Below are positions 1 to 12,445 of a DNA stretch of 64,000 nucleotides, piece by piece. The notes below the pieces were generated by a model. It searched no databases. It saw nothing but the letters and a program-made list of their open reading frames with translations, and had not been told where the DNA came from. A program made the translations under genes and the position numbers. Numbering within the stretch: the first letter of the stretch is position 1; every line of letters starts with the position of its first letter. The DNA is from Malacoraja senta (Eukaryota): the NCBI GenBank assembly GCA_038087875.1, contig CM075981.1, positions 1,736,001-1,800,000 on the forward strand, read 5' to 3'.

Positions 1-243
1 GTTTCTGCTCAGGGATCTGGAGTAGGAAGTGAACCCTAATTGTACTGACCAGGGGACAGAACACTGACACAACAGGTACAATAACAGCACTGCCTGCACT
101 TCATACCGGAGACATTGGCCGTGAAGCAATATGACACATCATGGAACGATTTAAGTTTTCTTGCATGTTTTCTTCAAAATGTATCTATTTCCATTAAACA
201 GTTCATTTGTTCTCCATCTGAAAGTTTCTCCCCTCCAATTCAG

Positions 244-558
244 CTGCAGTGTGGGGAGAGACGTATGTAACAGGAGTTGTGGGAAGAGCGATCACAATCT
301 ATTGTCACTATGAAGCAGAGTACCGCTCACACACAAAATACTGGTGCCGTGTGCAGAATCGGCAATGTACAGATATGATGGAAACAAATGGGCAACACGG
401 ACGGAGTGGAAGAGTGTCAATCACAAATAACCCGGCACGAGGAATATTTACTTTGACTGTGGAGGATCTTCACTCTGGAGATACAGGATGGTACAGGTGT
501 GGAATTACAACATCTAACGGCCGTTCAATGTTAAACGTAGAACTCCAAGTATCTGACG
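244..558 (+). CDS. Ig V-set exon V1, CD300/CMRF35/pIgR-like
   Basis: Acceptor ctccaattcag|CT, donor GACG|gtacgt, 315 nt, phase 1-1. Translation AVWGETYVTGVVGRAITIYCHY..KYWCRVQNRQC..DTGWYRCG has the canonical B/F Cys pair plus the extra C-C' Cys pair of the CD300/pIgR family. Confidence 0.92.
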
Positions 559-758
559 GTACGTTTCTCAGCGATTGACTTGTCGTCTGCACTGAAAGGC
601 CTGATCTATGTTTTCTCCGGGAAGGGTCAGGGCAGCACCGATATCCCGAGGCTCCGCAGCAGTGCAGAGACCTGCGGGGAGCGAGCGGGGGTCGGGAAAC
701 CGCACTCATTTTGCTCTCACCCTGAGCGGGCTCTGCCCCACTGAGCGGCCACCCACTT

Positions 759-2725
759 AGAAACATAGAAACATAGAAAATAGGTGCAGGAGGAGGCCAT
801 TCGGCCTTTCGAGCCAGCACCGCCATTTGTTGCTATCATGGCTGATCGTCCCCAATCAATGACCTGTGCCAGCCTTCTCCCCATATCCCTTGATTCCACT
901 AGACCCTGGAGCTCTATCTGACTCTCTCTTAAATCCATCCAGTGATTTGGCCTCCACTGTCCTCGGTGGCAGGGAATGCCACAAATTCACAACTCTCTGG
1001 GTGAAAACGTTTTTTCTCACCTCAGTCTTAAATGGCCTCCCCTTTATTCTAAGTGTGGCCCCTGGTTCTGGACTCGCCCAACATTGGGAACATTTTTCCT
1101 GCATCTAGCTTGTCCAGTCCTTTTATAATGTTATGTGTTTCTATAAGACCCCCCTCAAACTTCTAAACTCCAGTGAATACAAGCCTAGTCTTTTCAATCT
1201 TTCCTCATAAGACAGTCCCGCCATCCCAGGGATCAATCTCGTGAACCTATGCTGCACTGCCTCAATCACAAGGATGTCCTTCCACAAATTAGGAGACCAA
1301 AACTGTACGCAATACTCCAGATGTGGTCTTTCCAGAGCCCTATACAACTGCAGAAGAACCTCTGTACTCCTATACTGAAATTCTCTTGTTATGAAGGCCA
1401 ACATTCCATTAGCTTTCTTCACTGCCTGCTGTACCTGCAAGCCAACTTTCAGTGACCGGTGTACAAGGACACCTAGGTCTCGCTGCGCCTCCCCCCTACC
1501 TAACCTAACCCCGTTTTGATAATAATCTGCCCCCTTGTTTTTGCCACCAAAGTGGATAACCTCACATTTATCTATATTATACTGCCACGCATCTGCCCAC
1601 TCACTCAACCTGGTCACCCTGCAACCTGCTAACATCCTCTTCATAGTTCACACTGCCATCCAGCTTTGTGTCATCCGCAAACTTGCTAGTGTTGCTCCTA
1701 ATTCCCTCTTCCAAATCATTAATATAAATGGTAAACAGTTGCGGCCCCAACACCGAGCCTAGCGGCACTCCATTCGCCACTGCCTGCCATTCTGAAAAGG
1801 ACCCGTTCACTCCTACTCTTTACTTCCTGTCTGCCAACCAATCTTCTATCCACGTCAACACCCTACCCCCAATACCATGCGCTCTAATTGTAGTCACCAG
1901 TCTCCCGGGCGGGTACTTATCAAAGGCTTTCTGAAAGTCTAGATACACTACATCCACTGGCTCCCCTTCATCCATTTTACTTGTCACATCCTCAAAAAAA
2001 TCCAGAAGATTACATAGATACATAGAAAATAGGTGCAGGAGTAGGCCATTCGGCCCTCCGAGCCTGCACCGCCATTCAATATGATCATGGCTGATCATCC
2101 AACTCAGTATCCCGTACCTGCCTTCTCTCCATACCCCCTGATCCCTTTAGCCACAAGGGCCACATCTAACTTCCTCTTAAATATAGCCAATGAACTGGCC
2201 TCAACTACCCTCTGTGGCAGAGAGTTCCAGAGATTCACCACTCTCTGTGTGAAAAAGTTTTTCCTCATCTCGGTCTTAAAGGATTTCCCCCTTATCCTTA
2301 AGCTGTGACCCCTTGTCCTGGACTTCCCCAACATCGGGAACAATCTTCCTGCATCTAGCCTGTCCAACCCCATAAGAATTTTGTACGTTTCTATAAGATC
2401 CCCTCTCAATCTCCTAAATTCTAGCGAGTATAAGCCAAGTCTATCCAGTCTTTCTTCATATGAAAGTCCTGACATCCCAGGAATCAGTCTGGTGAACCTT
2501 CTCTGCACTCCGTCTATGGCTATAATGTCCTTCCACTTGAAGTGTGTCGAGCATGATTTTCCTTTCATAAATCCATGCTGACTTGGACTAATCCTTTTAC
2601 TGCTATACAAATGCCCCATTATTACCTCTTTAATAATTGACACCAGCATCTTTCCCACCACCGAAGTCAGGCTAACTGGTCTGTAATTCCCCGTTTTCTC
2701 TCTCGCTCCTTTTTTGAAAAGTGGA
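759..2725 (-). mobile_element. 5'-truncated CR1 LINE (RT C-terminal part), interrupted by a second CR1
   Basis: (TTTCTATG)n tail at 759; RT fragments GVPLGSVLGP..FADDTK (1601-1810) and [11 protein letters not shown] (1141-1644). Confidence 0.9.
2013..2545 (-). mobile_element. CR1 3' fragment nested in the preceding CR1
   Basis: Has its own ctatgtatctatg tail. Host sequence rejoins across it as tcatgctcgac|taatcttctgg, matching the uninterrupted copy near 15135. Confidence 0.85.
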
Positions 2726-2879
2726 ATTTAACTTCTCTTTCACTTCACTTTTCACTTCAAGTGGAATGCTCAGCACATTTCCCTTCCTCTGAACTGTATG
2801 AAATGTCACCCTGTCAGAAGTTTGCATTCCGACTCAAAATAATAATCCGACAGATCAGTGAGAACAAGTGTTGCTCGCG

Positions 2880-3960
2880 GACTGAATACCCCGAGAGTTT
2901 TTAAAAAATCAGTCCCCAGAGCTCAATAGAGTGCGTTCAGTCCTCCCGGGGTAGGGCATCCCTCTTCCCGCCCCCATCTCAGGGACCAGTCATTCCCTCC
3001 CAAACCCCGCGCTCTCTCTCTCTCCCTCTGCCCCGTCAATGCGCCCCCATCCCCAGCAGCCACTGTCCACCCACCGCCCGGCAGTCAGCCAACCTCTCCA
3101 CCCGGACATTTCCCCGATGTTAAGCAGAATAAACTCATCTTTCACCACATCAGCCGTCGCACACAACACATAATCATCCAACATTATCGCCACCTGCAAC
3201 GGGATCCCACTACTAGACATATATTTCCATCTCCACCGCTTTCTGCTTTCCGAAGAGACCGTTCCTTCCGTAACTCCCTGGTCAACGTCCACCCTCCCCC
3301 CCCCCAAAAAAAAACATCCCCTCCCCAAGTACCTTCCCCGACAACTGCAGGAGATAGATCACCTGTCTCGATACCTCCTTCCTCTATTCCGTCCAAGGTC
3401 TCCAACAATCTTTTCGGGTGAGGATTGACTTGCATCTCCTCCAAGCTCACCTACTACATCCGCTGTTGCAGGTGTGAACTACTATATATCGGCTAGACCA
3501 AGCGCAGACTCGTCGATCGTTTCGCTGACTAACTCCGCTCAGTCTGCTCCTGGACCTCCTCCACTATCCAACGTAAATAGGAGGAAAAGCACCTGGGCAA
3601 CTTACAACCCATCGTTTGAATATTGACTTCTCTAACTTCAAGGAACCCTTGCTTTACTCCTGTCCCCATCCCGCCACCATCCTGGCTCTCCAGTTAGTTG
3701 CACAGTCAAACTGATTTTCTTTTACTTATTGTATGCCTCGTTGTCACCTTCCCTTCAGCTCACAATGATCCATTGTCCATTTTATTTTCACCTTTGATCA
3801 CTTGTTTTCACACATTACCTGTCCATTTATCTTCTGTCTCCCTGTCCCATGATTCTCAGGCTGAAGGTGGGTCTCGACCCGAAACGTCACCCATTCCTTC
3901 TTTCGAGAGATGCTGCCTGCTCCGTTGCGTTACTCCAGCATTTTGTGTCTATCTTAAAGG
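2880..3960 (+). mobile_element. Degraded Penelope-like element 3' part (GIY-YIG region plus terminal repeat)
   Basis: Remnant LTYYIRCCRCELLYIG-x-TKRRL-x-DRFA and the terminal repeat gggtctcgacccgaaacgtcacc. Confidence 0.8.
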
Positions 3961-4589
3961 GATCGTAATTCGTTTTCCACAGCAGAGATGGTTAAGTGTG
4001 TGTAGACATGTAATGGGGGAAATGGAACTCGGTGCATTGTGGTGATGGATCTGAAATCACACTTGAATATCTACACAATGTTCGTAGTTTAACCACTGTT
4101 GACACATGGTCGAATTGCATCCTGACGATAAATGAAAGGCTTAAAATAGCGAATAAATTTGAAGCAGATACTGCAAGACACCTGGACCGAAGGCGAGAGG
4201 TTCCAACGTCATCTGTAAGTTAATTCTACACTTTTAAAATGTGTTTACCAAGGAGGTGGAAGTCAGGATTGTGGACTCATTGTGTCAGTTCAAACATTCC
4301 CTGCATTTGTCCGGCTCAACTCTGTCGCAAACCCAACAATTCCCCGGAGTCTGAGACTGAACCACTGTCCTCGCTCTATCCACCCACCCCAACTCTCTCT
4401 CCATCATCTCTCCAATCCGCGGCCCAGTCGTGCTGAATTGTCCAGGGCGAGCCGGGGTCATTGAGAATAAAACCTGTCCCAGATGAGCAGCGGGACATTG
4501 GGCTCACAATTCAGTTTAGTTTATTGTCACGAGTACCGAGGTACAGTGAATCTGGCGGTGTGTGTTTTCACGCTAGTAGCGTTCTCCAG

Positions 4590-4910
4590 CAAGGGACCCG
4601 CTTTATTGTAACCCGTCCGTATTCTGTCCTCAGTCAGGGCGTTGTAAAGACAGTGGCTGCGGTGAATTTCTAAACACGGGTCCGGCCCTGTGTCGGTTGA
4701 GAGATGAATGCTGGCAGCGCCGACACTGAAATAGCAAAGTGGGGTATTTCTGTAGGGTGAGAAGCCGGGAACCGCCTGGGATTGTTGAAAGGCAGCTCCT
4801 GCAACACTGCCGCGCTCCCTCAGTACCGCACTGCGATCCCAGCCCAGTTTCTGCGCAGGGATCTGGAGTGGGTAGTGAACCCTAATTCTACTGACCAGGG
4901 GACATAACAC
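4590..4910 (-). mobile_element. Old Deu-domain SINE remnant (AmnSINE1/SacSINE1-like); its duplicate end is at 1-60
   Basis: Minus strand cccactccaga..cagtgcggtactgagggagcgcggcagtg..ctatttc..ctcaaccgacac resembles the DeuSINE central domain as I recall it; not aligned computationally. Confidence 0.55.
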
Positions 4911-5084
4911 TGACACAACTTGTACAATAACAGCACTGCCTGCACTTCAGACTGGAGACATTGGCCGTGAAGCAATATGACACATCATGGAACGATTATG
5001 TTTTTCATGTACTCTTCAAAATGTATATATTTCCATTAAACAGTTCATTTGCTCTCCATCTGAAAGTTTTCCCCTCCCTTTCAG

Positions 5085-5399
5085 CTGCAGTGTGGGGAGA
5101 GAGGAATTTAACAGGAGTTGTAGGAAGAGCCATCACAATCGATTGTCACTATGCAGCAGAGTACCGCTCACAGGCTAAATACTGGTGCCGTAGGCAGAGT
5201 CGCCAATGTACAGATATGGTGGAAACAAATGGGCAACACGGACGGAGTGGAAGAGTGTCAATCACCGATATACCGGCACTAAGAATATTTACTATGACTG
5301 TGGAAGATCTTCACTCTGGAGATACAGGATGGTACAGCTGTGGAATCACAGCATCTGCCGACAATTCAATGTTTAACGTATATCTCCAAGTATCTGACC
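5085..5399 (+). CDS. Ig V-set exon V2, tandem paralogue of V1
   Basis: Acceptor ctccctttcag|CT, donor GACC|gtacgt, 315 nt, phase 1-1; four Cys conserved (DCHY, KYWC, RQC, WYSC). Confidence 0.92.
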
Positions 5400-5719
5400 G
5401 TACGTTTCGCAGCGATTGATTCATGTCTCCACTGAAAAGCCTGATCCATGTTTTCTCCGGGAAGGGTCAGGGCAGCACCGATATCTCGAGGCTCCGCAGC
5501 AGTGCAGAGGCCTGCGGGGAGCGGGCGAGGGTCGGGAAACCCCACTCATGTTTGCTCTCACCCAGTGCGGGCTCTGTCCCACTGAGCGGCCACCCACTTC
5601 AAGACACTCAACACATTTCCCTGCCTCTGAATTGGATGAAATATCACCCTGTCAGAGGTTTGCATTCCGACTCAAACTAATAATCCGACAGATCAGTGAG
5701 AAACAAGTGTTGCTCGCCG

Positions 5720-6835
5720 TCTGAATACCCGGAGAATCATAAACAGGGAATCAGTCCCCAGAGCTCCACAGACTGCGTTCAGTCCTCCCGGGGCAGGCCA
5801 GCCCGCTTCCCGCCCCCACCTCAGGGATCAGTCACCCCCTCCCCACCCCGCGCACTCTCTCTCTCTCCCTCTGCCCAGTAAATGCGCCCCCACTGCCAGC
5901 AGCCATTGTCTACCCACCGCCCGGCAGCCAGCCAGCCTCTCCTCCCGGACATTTCCCCGTTCGTAAGCAGAATAAACTCATCTTTCGCCCCATCAGCCGT
6001 CGCACACAGCATATATTCCTCCGACATTTGCGCCACCTACAACGGGATGCCACAACTAGTCACATCTTTCCATCTCCATCGCTTTTTGCGTTCCCTCCGC
6101 AACTCCCTGGTCAACTCGTCCTCCCCCCCCTCCCCCCGTCCCCAGGTACCTTCCCCTACAATTGCAGGAGATGCAACACCAGTCACTATATATCCCCCCT
6201 TTACTCCGTCCATGGGCCTCAACAGTCTTTTCGGGTGAGGCAGAGGTTCACTTGCATCTCCTCTAACCTCATCTACTCTATCCGCTGTTCCAGATGTGAA
6301 CAAGCGGATATAGTAGCTGAACAACTCCGCTCAGTCTGCCTCGGCCTACGCTACATCCCGAGTGCTAAACACTTTTATTCCCCCTCCCATTCCCAAACTG
6401 ATCTTTCCGTCCTGGACCTCCTCCAGTGTCAGAGTGAGGCCAAAGGCAAATTGGAAAAACAGCGCCTCATATTTCGCTTGGGCAGCTTACAACCCAGCGG
6501 TTTGAATATTGACATCTTTAACTTCAAGTAACCCTTGCTTTACTCCTTTCCATCCCGCCCCCATCCGAAACCTCCAATTAGATTCACCTGATAATATTTT
6601 ACTGATGGTATGCCTCGTTGTCACCTTCCCTTCAGCTGACAATTATTCATTCTACATTTCCCTTTAACATTGTCACCTTTGATCACTTGTTTTAACATCT
6701 TCCATTTCTCTTCTGTCACCCAGAACATGACTGTCAGGCTGGAGAAGGGTCTCGATCCGAAACTTCACCCACTCCTTCTCTCGAGAGATGCTGCCTGCTC
6801 CGCTGAGTTCCTCCAGCATTTTGTGTCTCTCTTAA
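5720..6835 (+). mobile_element. Penelope-like element 3' part with GIY-YIG endonuclease remnant
   Basis: ORF 6028-6531: RQRFTCISSNLIYSIRCSRC..KHFYSPSHS..LIFRLGSLQPSGLNID. Confidence 0.85.
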
Positions 6836-7753
6836 AGCGATCGTAATTAGTTTTCGCGATTAAATTACAAGGCATTGAATTGTGTTTTTGGCACGCTGGT
6901 CTTCATCAGTGAGAACATTCAGAATATAATTTGAGATAATATGCTTCAGACGTGCAGATGTTCAGTCCACACTTTGGGAATTGTGTTCAGCTTCAGTCAC
7001 TCAGCTCCAAGAAAAGTTGAGATGGACAGCGTGCAGAAAGGTTTTAGGGCGACGTTGCCTGGACAGGATGGGATTGACGCAGGGAGCGATTGGACAAACT
7101 CAGACTTCATTCCTTAGTGTGGAAATGATTGAGAGAGGAACTTATAGAAATGTAACAATCACGAGAAGCATGTTCATTTTCCCACGATGTGTGGAATCAA
7201 AAAGTGGAGGACAGAGGTAATGGGAACTATTTAAGGTGCAATTGACCGTAATGGCATGTTTTGTCCAGATGAGTGGCCGAAGCTGAACACAATTCGCACA
7301 AGTTCGAACTCAACCACATATGTACAACTGAAACATAACATCCAACATATGTTCTGAGGGACAACATTTTCCACACATTGGGTAATATGTACATGGAACC
7401 TGCTGCCAGGGGAACTTGTTGAGGCAGTTAGAATAGCAGCGTTTAAAATAAATTTTGGATATTTGCGTAGATTGGGATCATTGCGAGTATTAAATGAGAA
7501 ACGCGGACATATGGAAATGTCATAGAAAGACATGTTGGTCGGCATTAATGAGCTGTTGTGATGGGCATCTTTCGGTTCTCTATAACTCTAACCTTCTTCG
7601 GTTTCTGCGCTTCGCACACTCCCAGAGATGTAGATGAGCCGGTGAGGTATCAACCGGACGGTTCGGGCTGAGATAAAGTGCTGCTGAGATTTAGTGAGTG
7701 TTTGGTTTTTAACAATTCATACAGGTGACTGAATATTTGCTCCATTCCCACAG

Positions 7754-8074
7754 AACCCATGTCTGCTCCTGTGCTCAGTTATCTGTCAGCAGCAAATGCC
7801 TCACGTCTTGGAGGCTCAGTGTCAGTGTCCTGTGAGTCTCTCCGTGGATCCCTTCCCATCCATTACACATGGTTTGAGAAGGACGAGCATTGGGTTTCTA
7901 CGATCTTGAAAGGCAATCAACTGGATCTGAGTTGTGAAATCCTCAGAGGTGAACACCTTCGATATTACTGCACAGCCGCAAATAATCGTGGGACAAAATC
8001 CAGTGAAATACTCACGGTGAAAGTCTTCAAAGGAGCAGGAACGTGCAGTTATGTGACAGAAATGAACAATGCAG
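7754..8074 (+). CDS. Ig C2/I-type exon C2a, FCRL/PECAM-like
   Basis: Acceptor ccattcccacag|AA, donor GCAG|gtgagt, 321 nt, phase 1-1. PMSAPVL..GGSVSVSCESLRGSLPIHYTWF..YYCTAANN resembles the C-x4-GS-x-PI-x-Y-x-W pattern of FCRL/PECAM C2 domains. Confidence 0.88.
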
Positions 8075-9326
8075 GTGAGTGTCCCTCTCGTGAGCCTGAA
8101 CCTGCTGCTATTCACCTTGTGGTGATGTTCATGGATTTCTTGTTATTTGCAGACGGCATCATTGCAGCCACCGTGAGCTCATGGTGTAAAATGCGAGAGT
8201 TTGTTTGGGGGACTGGCAAATAATTGCCCGTAGCTTCCACCATTGAGGTGTTGAGCAATTTCAGCAAAGGAGAGAAAGACATGCACTTGTCACAAAGGGT
8301 TGAGTGCACTCCATCAAATGTCTGCCTTCTGCCTTAAAAATGCCGCTTGGCTGCCGCTTAAGGTCTCACAGTCACTTTGAGACATTGAAAGCAACCAAAT
8401 GCATTCTGTTTGGATCCGCCATCATTTACAATCAAGGATGTACAATTTCATGATCATGTTCATGATTTTATCTGTTAATTTGTGTTAAACTCCAGTAATA
8501 TCACTAAATTAAATTGTAATCTACTTGGCCGTCACTCCATCAAGTATAACCCTTACTTTTGTCAAAGAGAATTTTGAAATGAACTCCCAGTAGGCGTGGA
8601 GACGTTCAGATTGGAAGTCCAGAATAGAGTGTGAATGGTTTACATCAGAGACACCAAGCTTATACAATGCCAGCGTTTCTTAAACTATTTCAGTGCCATT
8701 CACCCTTGAGTCTTTATTACAAGATTTAATTCACCCTCCACAAAATATTCTTATGTTTTTTTGGTTATTATCATCTTATTTTCACGTGTGCATAATTTTA
8801 TATATAATTTATTTTGTCACATGAGCAAAAAACATGAATTAGCTCATTCACCCCAAAATAATTTCATTCGCCCTTGGGTAAACCATTCATCAGTTTAAGA
8901 AGCACTGGCCGAGGCTACAATTTCGCCGAACACTTGTGTTTGGTCTGTCATGACCCAGAGTCGTACTTGATAGACACCCCGTTGATGCAGAGCAGCAGCA
9001 CTTTGCACCATCTGCACGATGCACTGCAGCAACTCACCAAGACTCCCAAGACATTACCTTCCAATTGCAACAGGCTCCGTGTTCAATGCATCATTCTTCA
9101 CCATTCACACCCACATTGGCTGGGAAGCGCTTTGGAACGACCTGTGCAGATGGTGAGGGACGGTGTACAGTATCTGTCCCTCATCGCAATCTAGGTGGAA
9201 TTCAACTGAGTTAAGAAAATGATTGGGCGGACTCCCCTGTATACATTGATGTATACAATAATGTATATGTTTGTGAAAGGCTAATTTTGCTCTTGAATCT
9301 ATGAAAGAATTTTCCTTCAGTTTCAG

Positions 9327-9638
9327 GTGCACTGTGGGCAGAGAGCGAAGTACGAGGGGTTGCGGGAAGAGCGATCTCAATCGATTGTCACTATGCAGCA
9401 GTGTACCGCTCACACACAAAATACTGGTGCCCTGGGACAAATCGCCAGTGTACACATATAGTGGAAACAAATGGGAAACAAGGACAGAGCGGAAGAGTGT
9501 CAATCACAGATAACCCGGCACGAGGAATATTTACTGTGACTGTGGAGGATCTTCACTCTGGAGATACAGGATGGTACCGATGTGGAATTATTACACCTGG
9601 CGAACCAACATTTAAAGTACATCTCCAAGTATCTGAAG
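9327..9638 (+). CDS. Ig V-set exon V3, CD300/pIgR-like
   Basis: Acceptor ccttcagtttcag|GT, donor GAAG|gtagat, 312 nt, phase 1-1. Open frame ALWAESEVRGVAGRAISIDCHY..KYWCPGTNRQC..GWYRCG. Confidence 0.9.
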
Positions 9639-10834
9639 GTAGATTTCTCAGTGAGTGACTTCATGTCTCGACTTTGGCATCTGCATAAAACATATGTTGG
9701 GTCACATATGGGAGTCTGGTGCACAGTTCTGGTCGCCGCTTTATAAAACAAAAGATGTGAAAGGTTTGGAGAGGTTACAGAAAAATGTCACCGGGATATT
9801 TAGTTGTAGGTTACAAATGCAACATGGAAATGGATCCTTCGGCTCACCGAGTCCACACCGACTAGCGATCACCGGTCACACTGGTTCTATGTTATTCCAC
9901 TTTCCCATTCGCTCCCTACACACAATTCTACAAAACCGCCATTCTCACACCTCATTAGTGCAACATTATCACTATCAACAATTTTATACAAGGAAATTAA
10001 AAAGTTGTTGATAATGATATATTGCACTAACGAAGTGTTTGAATGTTGGTATTGTAGAATAGTGGCAGAGTTTCAGATTAAAAGAAGATTAACTGCAGAT
10101 GCTGGAAATATAAAACAAAGATAGATGGTGCTGCTGTGTATTGGTACAGTGGCAGACATGGTAGTTCTGGCAGCTGGGAGGATGGAGAGACACAGAGATG
10201 TTCAAATCTGATAAATTGTGAGGAGAAGGAGCAGAGAAGACTTACAAGGATGTTGTGATGACTTGAGGGCCTGACACACAGGGAGGGATTGAGCAGATTA
10301 GGACTTCATTTCTTGGAGCGCAGGAAGATGAGGGATGATCTCATGGCAGGTAAAACATCATGCGAGGAATAGATCGAGTTAATACACAGAGTCTTTTGCT
10401 CAGAGTAGGGGAATCGAGAACCGGAGGACATGGTTTTAATATGAGGGGGGAATGATTTAACAGGAACCTGGGGAGTAACGTATTTTACACAAAGGTTGGT
10501 AGGCACATGAAACGAACTGCAGACAGAAGTAGTTATGGCAGGTACTATCGTAACATTTAATAAAATATTGGACAGGTACATGAATATGATATGTTTAGTG
10601 GGTTAAGGGCCAAGAAAGGGCAGGTGGAACTCGTGTAGATTGGGCGTGTTGGTCAGCGCAGGCAAGTTAGACCGAAGGGCCTGTTTCTATGCTGTATGAC
10701 TATGATTCTATGTAGATGGATGGGTCAGATTCCAACCTGGCGGCTCTGGCTAAGGTACAGAGATGGTGGATATTGGCGAGTGGTTGATTTTCAGATGTTC
10801 ACCCAGTGTCTGACAGTTTGCTCCTTACCCACAG

Positions 10835-11155
10835 AACTCGTGTCTGTTCCTGTGCTTGGATTCCTGTCACCAGTCAATGACTCCTGTCTCGGGGGCTCAG
10901 TGACAGTGTCCTGTGAGGCGGTCAGTGGATCACCGCCCATTAGCTACAGCTGGTATGAAAAGACCCTATCTGTGGATTCAAAGATCTCAGACCAAAATGC
11001 CTTGGATCTACATTGTCAATCCTTCAAACACCAGCACCATCAATATTACTGCACAGCCTCCAATAATGATGGATCAAAATCCAGTGAAATGGTCAACGTG
11101 TCCATCTCCAGCAGTGACGTGCCCTGTAGTTTTCTAGTGAAAATCAACGGCACTG
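10835..11155 (+). CDS. Ig C2/I-type exon C2b, paralogue of C2a
   Basis: Acceptor ctccttacccacag|AA, donor ACTG|gtaagt, 321 nt, phase 1-1. LVSVPVL..GGSVTVSCEAVSGSPPISYSWY..YYCTASNN. Confidence 0.88.
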
Positions 11156-11999
11156 GTAAGTAGTGGAGGGAATGAGGAGAAGAAGGGGAAGTGGGGTGGG
11201 GCGGTTTATATGATCACAAGTGATAGAAGCTGAAATAGACCATTCAATCATGGCTGATCTATCTTCACCTCTTCATCCCATTCTCCCGTCTTCTCCACAT
11301 AATCCCCGACACCCTGAAATCCATGCACATTATTTAATGAACATCAATATTAAAATGATAGAATTATGGCCCATTTGTCAATACTTGGTTGCTGGGCTCC
11401 AGGAATAGATTCCCCAGTGCTGGTGTAGGGCAGATTCCTGGCTAGAACCTCCTCTTATGTTTACACAGTTTTAAACTAGGTTTGCAGTTACATCATTCCA
11501 AGCACTTTCACTTTCCTGCCATAATCTCCGCATGACCGACACTCAAAAATGGGAAGGGAATAGAAATTATCCGTAAATGTGGCTGCAGTTAACTCCTAGA
11601 CTATATCAGCTTTGGTCCACTGTGTTAATGTTGACCATTCAGCATCATCGATACTAATCCCATTTACCATCCCCTCACCCACAGTCTTCTCAGACTTGAC
11701 AATTCATGTGTCTTCACCATCTAGGTTTAAAAATATTCCTTGCTCAGATACCCTCCAAATATTCTACTCCTTAACCCAACCCTATGTTCTCCACTTCTAC
11801 ACACATCTGCTGTGCTGATTTCCCACAAAGTACCCTATCTATGTTCCTCATAGCTTTACACACCTGTAATAGGTTCCCCCTTCTTTTCCTGTGTGGATTA
11901 AAATCTCCGACTATCCAGCCTCTCCTTCGAACTGTAATGTTTCATCCCAGGCACTACCCCTCGCATGAAATCACCTCCTTTAGTTTAATTTAGAAATCC

Positions 12000-12250
12000 A
12001 GCGTGGAAGCAGCTGCCTTTAACCTGTGCACTAATTCTATCCTACTCACTAGGGGCAATTTACAGAAGGCAATTAACCTAAAAACCTGCACGTCTTTAGA
12101 ATATGGGAGAAAACCGCAGCACTTGAATAAAACCCACGCGGTCACATGGAGAACATAAACACTCCGTGCAGACAGTACCCGTAGTCAGGATTGAACTCGG
12201 GTCTCCTGCGCTGTAAGGCAGCAACTCAACTGGTGGGCCACTGTGCCGCC
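12000..12250 (-). mobile_element. tRNA-derived V-SINE (HE1-like)
   Basis: Reverse complement of the tRNA-like head (ttgagttgctgccttacagcgc..gagttcaatcc) and central domain. Confidence 0.75.
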
Positions 12251-12445
12251 CTAATGTAGGCAACCTGAGTTCGAACCAGCACTACAGCTTATCACGATAA
12301 CATCTCCCATTTGCTGCAAATTACACTGAAGAAACATTGCCCTGTCAATTAAACCTATAAACTCCTTATATCGGACAAACATGCTCGCTTGTTCAACTGC
12401 AAGTGAAAAGCAGTGAAACTGATTTTTATTTCCTTGTTCCAACAG

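Larger units (their letters stand above)
1..6855 (+). repeat. Tandem duplication of a V-exon plus intron unit (1-758 and 2753-3985 versus about 4847-6855)
   Basis: Position 1 aligns with about 4847. Exons, flanking introns and the Penelope fragment are collinear; unit 1 carries an extra 2-kb CR1 insert. Confidence 0.9.

Noticed and set aside
8753-8790. Possible leader exon for V3 (ATG..LVIIILFS..|gtgtgc)
   Set aside because: Needs a frameshift in a T-run and a weak donor, and the segment is absent from the paralogous intron before V4.
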